Shown here piece by piece: positions 56,071 through 64,000 of a stretch of 64,000 nt of DNA. Numbering within the stretch: the first letter of the stretch is position 1; the number at the start of each line of letters is the position of its first letter. This DNA is from the human T2T-CHM13v2.0 reference genome, Homo sapiens. The DNA is taken from assembly GCF_009914755.1 (NCBI RefSeq), contig NC_060930.1; one strand, written 5' to 3'. The position numbers were made by a program, and so were the translations under genes. The notes beneath the pieces were generated by a model. That model did not search any database, was not told the origin of the DNA, and saw only the letters and a program-made list of their open reading frames with translations.

Positions 56071-59000
56071 TCGTGCTGAAAAATAATTATCATATTTGAT
56101 GGCAAGCAACTACTTGAAATTTATTGTTTCTTCACTGTTTGTCTTAGTAGATACTTCTCCAAATACAGTATAGAATTACAATGAATTGAATTCCAAGGAT
56201 CTCGGACAGCTGAATTAAATTTTGGAGTGTGTCACTTTTCAAAATGATGAGATGAATGAATTCTTATAATCCTGGGTTGTCTATTGAGACTTGCATTCTG
56301 TGTGCTAATCTTGGGGTTCACATTTTGGGATCTGAAGTTGTCTATGTGAGGATAGTCTATAGTGGCAGTGGGATAAACTCAATTAGCAGGTAATTTTTAA
56401 TAGCTATATGCTCTGGTATAATTCTTGAATTATAGAGATGGCTTCACATTTTGCATTGAGAGCAATTGGAAAAATAGTTAATGGCTCTGACATCAAGAAA
56501 ATCTGAGTTTTATATGACTGTTCCTTAATTGAGGGCAAAGGACGCAAGGGCTAAATCTCTGCCTGGAAGTGAAGCTCAAAAATGCCTTTGTTTATCAGGC
56601 TGTGCTTCAACCTCCCAGACTCACCGAAATGGAGGGAGGGGCAAGGGTATTTACAGCAATTGGAAGGGCCTTATTCACCCCCTGAATTCACACTCAGCTA
56701 AACTTAGAAATGCAATTGGTTTATTTTGTATAAATAAGCAAGAATGCTGGAAGAAACTAAATATCTTCATAAAACAAAACATTATGATACCAGAAACCCT
56801 AAGGAATAGCACTAATGCTTTTAAATGAAGGTTTTATTTGTCTCTGAGCTGCAAAAAGGAGTCACTAATGAGATGTCATTTAAATTCTAACACCTGTTTA
56901 ATGGCAGTTTTTCTCTATCCCCAAAGAGTAACTGTTTATGAATGTTTGCAGTTTTCCAAGTGTATCTACAAGAATTGTTTTTTCATAAACAGTGTGATGC
57001 CTTTTTCCTCATAGGCTTCATTCACCGTTACAACATATGATGAAAATTGTTGGTTGTGGCATTTTTGTATTACATGGGTTTCAAAGATAGCGTTCATTTC
57101 AAACACTGAAACTTAAAATTTTATAATTTACATAGTACATATTTATGAGAAACTTTATGTTTTACAGATGTTTGAGTGTATACTGGTATAAGAAAAATAA
57201 AATTTCTATATATATTGTTTACTAAATTTAAGTAAGATTGAAAAGACATTGGTGAAAATGTGTTTGCTCTTATATTCCCTCTTATGAAAAGAAGTATATT
57301 CATAAACAAACATACATGCACACAGATTTCTAAGATTTGCAGAAAAGAAATGCTTGTTGACTTTTTTCTCAGACAAGTAAATAACTGAAAAGGCAACAAA
57401 TCAGATTGTACCATTCCTATTGTGATTTTATGTTTTTCTTATATAAACAATTTCTTATTTGTGAAAAGAATCCACAACAACTCTGTTACCACTTTTCTCA
57501 AAAACGATTGTAGTGATTAACAGACACTATAAGGATGAATATATAAAAATTACTTACCATTGGAAATATTTTCCTTAGGATGTGTCCCATTTGGTATTTA
57601 TAAGATTTTATCCAGCTTGCTTTCATGATTAGCATACTTTAATAAAAATAAGTATACTTCAGTGAAATAAATAACCTATAAATGTATTTAAGTCAATTAC
57701 CTCTGTCTTGAGAAATTCATGTGTAATTAATTTCTTTGAGATAGCAGAGACCTTAGGCCATGGATTTTACCAAAATGATTATATGAAATCTCCAAAATGC
57801 TGGCATCTAGGAAAGCTGCAGGGAACTTTTAAGAATGTACATCTTTGACCTAATAAGAGTCATACTTTTGCTCTGTTGGCATTCTGGATGTGTGACAAAG
57901 CAATCCTTGTTTGTGTTAGGAAAGCAGGAACTCGTTTTGATGGAAGGTGAGACTGGGCCTGTGTATGAAATATTCTATAGAACTCTTTAGGATTTAAGCT
58001 GAGCACACCAGGCTTACTGAAAAAGAGAATGGCTAAGCCATAAAATGCTCAAAGTGTGGACTTGAACAGTTCTATAAAACCTAAATGTTCTGCACATTAA
58101 AGGAGAAAAGGAGAAAATTGTTGCAGATGTGATTGGATTTCCCATTATGCTAAAAACTACTCTAAATTTCTTCCTCATGATCATTATTCCTTAGATTCCT
58201 TAGTACCAAATTATTTCCTCTCCTCTCCTCTCAAGATTCCCCCATGAGATTCTTGCCAATTTAAGGTGCTCTTTTGAATGAACATAAAGACTGGATGTTT
58301 TTCAGTTTTTAAAAATGCTTTTCTTATTTTTCTGTCTCTCTCCCTCCCTCCCCATCTCATATATGTAAAAACATACATACCTAAATACACATACATACAC
58401 ACACATATAAAACATTAAAGAATTGAAGCATATCAATTTGCTCCTGGTTTATACAATTTTTATTTATAGGTGGGATCTCAGTGCTTAATCCGTGTGTTCT
58501 AATTACCCACTGGATTTGTTCACGATCGGTTGACATACACCTTGCAGTAAGCCTAGAGAAATAAGCATATTCTTTTTTCTGTGCAGTTCTTGTCTTGACT
58601 TATGAAAGCCAAATATCCATTCTGTATGGGGAGATGAATCAGCAATCCATATAATATCTATTCATCATACATATTTCACAAGGAGGATATTGTGGTGACT
58701 GCAGAATTCTACAAAAATAATATGGAAATCCGGAACTTGATGTGGAGTGTCAGAGAGCCTCTTACTATTATTTACCTTATCAGCTTTTGCTTTCTGAAAT
58801 CAATGGAAGGGCATCAAGTTCAGCTAATCCATATTTCTGAGTATGAAATTGAATTTATAGTCTGTAGTATGTTGACTACCGCTCGCATTTAAGGCATAAT
58901 TGATTTTTATTGAAAAGCCAGCAGGCACATCAAAAATTTCCACAAACCACAAGGATGTTAAATTTTACCCTGTTTAGATAATAGTGTGGCTTTATTTATC

Positions 59001-59829
59001 CTTTAAAATGAAGGTTTTATATTTATATCAGCAAATGCTATGGAAGTGTGACTGATACCTTACGAAACCATCAATCCATGGTTCTGTAAAACTGTATGCA
59101 CAGAAATAAGCAACTTTATATTTCTAAGGTAAATGTCTATGGTTGGTTTGTTTTAAGGATAAATGGATAAATGGAATAATAAATCTAGCATCATATCATG
59201 TCATGTGCAAAGTTATTTTTCCGTTGAAACAACAGCTTTCACCATTATTTCTTTTCTTTCCCATATTCCTTCTGCATCTCCTTTTTTCCTCTGCTTTACA
59301 AATTATATTTTTTTGTGCATGTCTGGATAAATGGTTTATGTGTATAGAATGTAATTCCTAAGAAAAAGTCTATTCTTCTATTTTAAAGTTAAGTAGTCAA
59401 ACATATCATGTGTGATACTCCATTAAGTAAGTTTCACTCAAATGTTCCTAATACATGTGCTAAGTTCATTTATTTTTAACTAAAAGTTATGATGAGAAGA
59501 CTCTTTTGAGTGTTGCTGCCACAAATATGTAAATTCAATGTCAGTTGCATGATGGATTTTTTAAAGTGAAGCTCTGCCTCACTTTAGTAAAGGGAAAACG
59601 AAATAAAAACAAAAAGGTACAGGTACCATTATTTGTTATAATTCTCCTTCTTTGTAATCTTATCACAGTGATTCTCACGGAGTGGGAGGAGTATCACACC
59701 CTAAAGAAAACCTTGGAAACTTGCAGGGATGTATTAGGTTTTTATAAAAATTGCATGGTGTGGAGCCAGGGCCACCACTGACTCCTGGGTGGAGTCAAGG
59801 GATGATAGACATTTGCAGCTTGCTTGCGG

Positions 59830-60424
59830 GAGGCTCTCATTGAAAAACTCTCCTATGCTCACAGAACTTTTGAGTATCCTATCAGACATTCATGTGGTTG
59901 AAAAACCTATGTAATATTATCCACACTTTGATTTTATTTTCATTTACATGGAATTAGAAGATTTTTTACATTGTTTAATATGTAATGAACTTTTCAGAAA
60001 TCAAACTCTCTCATAAATTAATTGGAAATTGTTATTTCGAAGTTTACCAATTGTTGTTCATTGATGGCAACTCTATGGTGTTTGCTGCATCAATACAACA
60101 ATCTTACTTTAGTTTGCATTAGTGGCTGATGCCTTTGCAAATTTATCATGATTCTGTGCACATGTATCAGCACTTGACTTCATGTCTTCATTATGTGGCA
60201 GTGCTAGAATATTTACATTTCAAAATATATACTATTTTATTAATATTACAAAGTTGTTTCTTTTTATTTCTTTTATTTTATAGTTGGGGCATTGTATTGA
60301 CTTTTTCTATGATATTCTTGAAGTGGTTATAATATCTATGAATTTCATTTTGTTATAGTAAACGGGTTACAAAGTATTTGTTATAAAAAGGAGGAACTGG
60401 ATCAGATAAAGTTGAGAACAATTG
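59830..60424. mobile_element. hAT-Charlie DNA transposon relic
   Basis: Terminus GATAAAGTTGAGAACAATTG (like GTTGAGAACCACTG) and an AT-rich Charlie-like subterminal region. Confidence 0.55.
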
Positions 60425-60716
60425 CCTCACGGCATCAAGACATGAATGCATTAGTTGAAAATTCTTCAGTGATAAATCCAGAGATTATTTTAATAGAACA
60501 ATTATTTCCAATGAGGAAAATAGTATCTCAGGGATTTTTAAATATGCAGTGATAAGCCCTTAGTGCCTACTTTCTTATGTGTATGGATGAAGAGTGTTCA
60601 AAACAATTTGTCATATGCACAGAAATACAAAAGATGAAACCTAAAGAGATTATACATTAGTCTCTTAAGAGTAAAACTGACGGAGAGAAGCAGTATACCT
60701 TTCACAGAGGCAGATA

Positions 60717-60807
60717 TTTTCAAAGCAATGTGTGACAGGTACAGGGACAAATCCCGTTAATAAGTAAGAGGATTTGTGCTTGGCTCTGTCACATGCCACT
60801 TTGAAAA
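60717..60807 (+). ncRNA. MIR2113: pre-miRNA hairpin hsa-mir-2113; mature 3p arm ATTTGTGCTTGGCTCTGTCAC at 60772-60792
   Basis: Long stem-loop: TTTTCAAAG/CTTTGAAAA, TGTGACAG/CTGTCACA, ACAAATCC/GGATTTGT, with a ~15-nt loop. The sequence matches the mir-2113 precursor and mature sequence as I recall them. A CNNC motif (CTAC, 60809-60812) lies ~17 nt past the 3p end. Confidence 0.92.
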
Positions 60808-61927
60808 CCTACCCTCAAACTGTCTATAAATTTTCATGCCCATCTTTTTCTCCTTACTCTTTCCAGAGCATCTGATTGTTTTTGTTCACCAGTGTTTTTT
60901 TTCTCCTGCTTTATCTCATGGCATCCTTTAATAATTTTTAAGAGTTTTGTATATGTACTATGATTTTGTGGCTATGTTATTGTTAACAAAATATTTGCTG
61001 CATCCATTCATTTTCACTGGCCATCAACTGCTTCATTATAGGAGATTTGTTTACCTCTTATGACTTCCGAATATGTAAAAAAAAAATCACAGAAATTGAG
61101 GAGAGAAGTAACATTTATTATGTTGGTTAGTTTTTCCTTTTAATATGTAGTTAGGTTTTTTTAAGGAAAAAGAATATACACTATCTGGAAAGAAAAAGAG
61201 GTTTTTCTTTTTAGTTGTGAATTTTTGAAAACCCAATTATTAAGCCTAGAGGTCTTTAACTTTTATAAAATGGACTCAAAACAAATTTCAATCCTAAAGA
61301 CTGATGGGCCACCTCTGTTTCTTATTTTGGTGCCTCATCACATGTGAGTTTGCTGATATTAGAAGAGGGACACAAGTATTTGGTAGAACATCTTCTGGTC
61401 TCTAAGTTGGTCCTGGTTTGATGCAGCACTCTTTTTCACCCTGCCAAAGATGATTTGCTCCCTGGAAGTAAATATTTATTAACTTGCTGTCAAAATGAAT
61501 ATGGAAATTTTGCTAGTAGGAATTATATTCTTACTTTAAATTTCTATATTATTTTAAGAGGATGCATTAATGAAAAAAAATAGTCCATGAAATGTGTTCT
61601 AATGTAGGCAGTTCCAAATAAAAATCATTTCTCTATGGAATTTCTGTTTTTCTCTCTCAAGAACACTAATGGTGCCTACAACCTATTGAATAGGAAGTGT
61701 TTTCCAGAGGACTAGCAATATACATCTGACATCATTTTCTTTGCGCATCTAAGTATAGACCTAGGCTGTCCTTCCACAGAATCCAACAGCTGGATAAAAA
61801 GTAAAAAACAAAGCAGATCTGCCAGATGGTTTATCTACATTAAATCTAACATCTGTATATTTTTTAAACATTTAGATGATTGGCTTATATTACATCTGCA
61901 TACTTTTTGGCATTTCTTTGATCATAA

Positions 61928-61928
<1 letters not shown>

Positions 61929-61966
<38 letters not shown>
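61929..61966 (+). repeat. (TG)19 microsatellite
   Basis: Read directly. Confidence 0.97.
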
Positions 61967-61971
<5 letters not shown>

Positions 61972-62573
61972 TAAAGAGAAAAGATGCTACTGAGTCAGAT
62001 AAAACTAACCAGAAAACAGAGCAATGGCCTTTGAATTTCTGTATATTTCTCTGAATGTCCATATCCAAACTCAAGGACCAGATAGCTCAAGTTCAAATTA
62101 TAGAAATTTTTTGAAAGTTAGAGACAAACTGTGAGAGACAGGATAGTTTCTTATGGTATTCAGCTCCGTAATGTCATTGGATACATAGACTTGACTCTCT
62201 GGAAGGAATTCAGAGACCACCTGGCTAGAATCAATTAATTTAGACTTTAGTCATTTTACCTGTGTTAGCAAAGAAAAAAGTCAAAATAATAAATAATATG
62301 TTTTTGAAATTCAAGTGTTTTTTTTTGTTTGTTTTTTTGTTTTTGGTTTTTTTTTCCCTTAGAGATGGGTTTAAACAGATGTATGTAGAGTTGAGCCCTC
62401 AACATAAAATGTCACTTATCTCTTTGGAACCAAAATCTGAGAATGCCACACAAGCAAGTGCATACTGTAGTGATTGTTCATTTAATGAGTAACAAAAATT
62501 TACATTTGTAAGGGCTTTTGAAATTTTAAAGCTCCTTCGTAGTCATGGTCTCATTATCCCCACTTGATACTAA

Positions 62574-63044
<471 letters not shown>

Positions 63045-63119
63045 TGACATCTATCACTTTATTTAATTCTTACCACTACTTCTGGAATAGAAAATATAGA
63101 AACCAAATTTGCTTTACCT

Positions 63120-63350
63120 CTGACAAATTGGGTTTGAATTCTGCCTCTGCCATACATAGTGGCTAGCTGTGCATCTTTAGTTAAGTGATTTGAATAATTT
63201 CCGAGCTTCAGTTTCCTTACATATAAAATGGAAATAATATCAACCCCATATGCTTGTCATAAAATTATATGAGATTATATGCTTAGTATAAGTTAATTTA
63301 GCAATACAAAGCACACTGTTGGTGCTCAACACTCAACAAATGTTTGACAT
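63120..63350 (+). mobile_element. MIR
   Basis: GGGTTTGAATTCTGCCTCTGCC…GAGCTTCAGTTTCCTTACATATAAAATGGAAATAAT…CTCAACAAATG. Confidence 0.8.
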
Positions 63351-64000
63351 TTTACAGATGAAGAAATAGAGGCTTGAAGAGTTAATGGTGGTCATAGAAG
63401 TAGGATGTCCCTGAAGGAGCGATGAAAGCTATTCCTATCTTCAAGCCTCATACAACACTTTCTTTGTCATTCTAATATTGCTTATTTTTAGAAACAATAA
63501 TTCACACAATTCGTTTGATTTTATAAAATTAACTTGATACATTGCCCTTTGTGAGTTATATACTAATTTCTCATATCATAATTTTTCTTCCTTAAAACAT
63601 TGAATTGGTGAGAATACAACAATGGAAATATTGGTGGTATCTTGTAGTTCCAATGAAAATCTGAAAGTACAAAATTAGACCAAACCATATATTTCCATTG
63701 CTTTTACTATGTTTCATTAGCAACAATACCAGTTTTGGAAGGTGGTGTGGTCTGGTTGTCACTCTGTTGCTGACTGTCTGTGTGACTGTGGACTATATGA
63801 TTTAACTGTACTAATATTTACTGTGAATCTACTTTGTGCAGTAGGATCCTGGGATAAACCTAACACAGACCCTATCCTTAAGGAGTTTCCTGTCTCACTG
63901 AGAATAACAGACAAGTCATTAAATACACAACATAGTCTGATAAGCTGACATACAGGTAAATTGCACTTTAGGAACATGAAAAAATGTAAAATTCCAACTA

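Overview
This is AT-rich, CpG-poor primate (almost certainly human) non-coding DNA. The one gene I recognise is the pre-miRNA MIR2113 (60717-60807, +). From recall, that places the window in the 6q16.1 gene desert between MMS22L and POU3F2. No protein-coding gene is supported: the longer ORFs are frameshifted LINE-1 ORF2 pieces, Alu- or LTR-derived frames, or chance. A large part of the window is transposon-derived: six Alus, a 2.9-kb L1PA nested in an older L1MC, several older L1M copies, an intact solo LTR1-type ERV1 LTR, MLT2/MLT1/ERVL LTRs, MER2/5A/20/58/63/Charlie DNA-transposon relics, and L2/MIR relics. Between them lie repeat-free blocks rich in neural and developmental TF motifs (candidate enhancers) and some strong + strand splice signals, including a recursive-splice-like YnTAG|GTAAG site and a 49-nt micro-exon. 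These may belong to a long non-coding host transcript. I find no evidence for a new multi-gene system; the best leads are regulatory and RNA-processing signals. Repeat subfamily calls come from recalled consensus sequences, and boundaries of old repeats are approximate.
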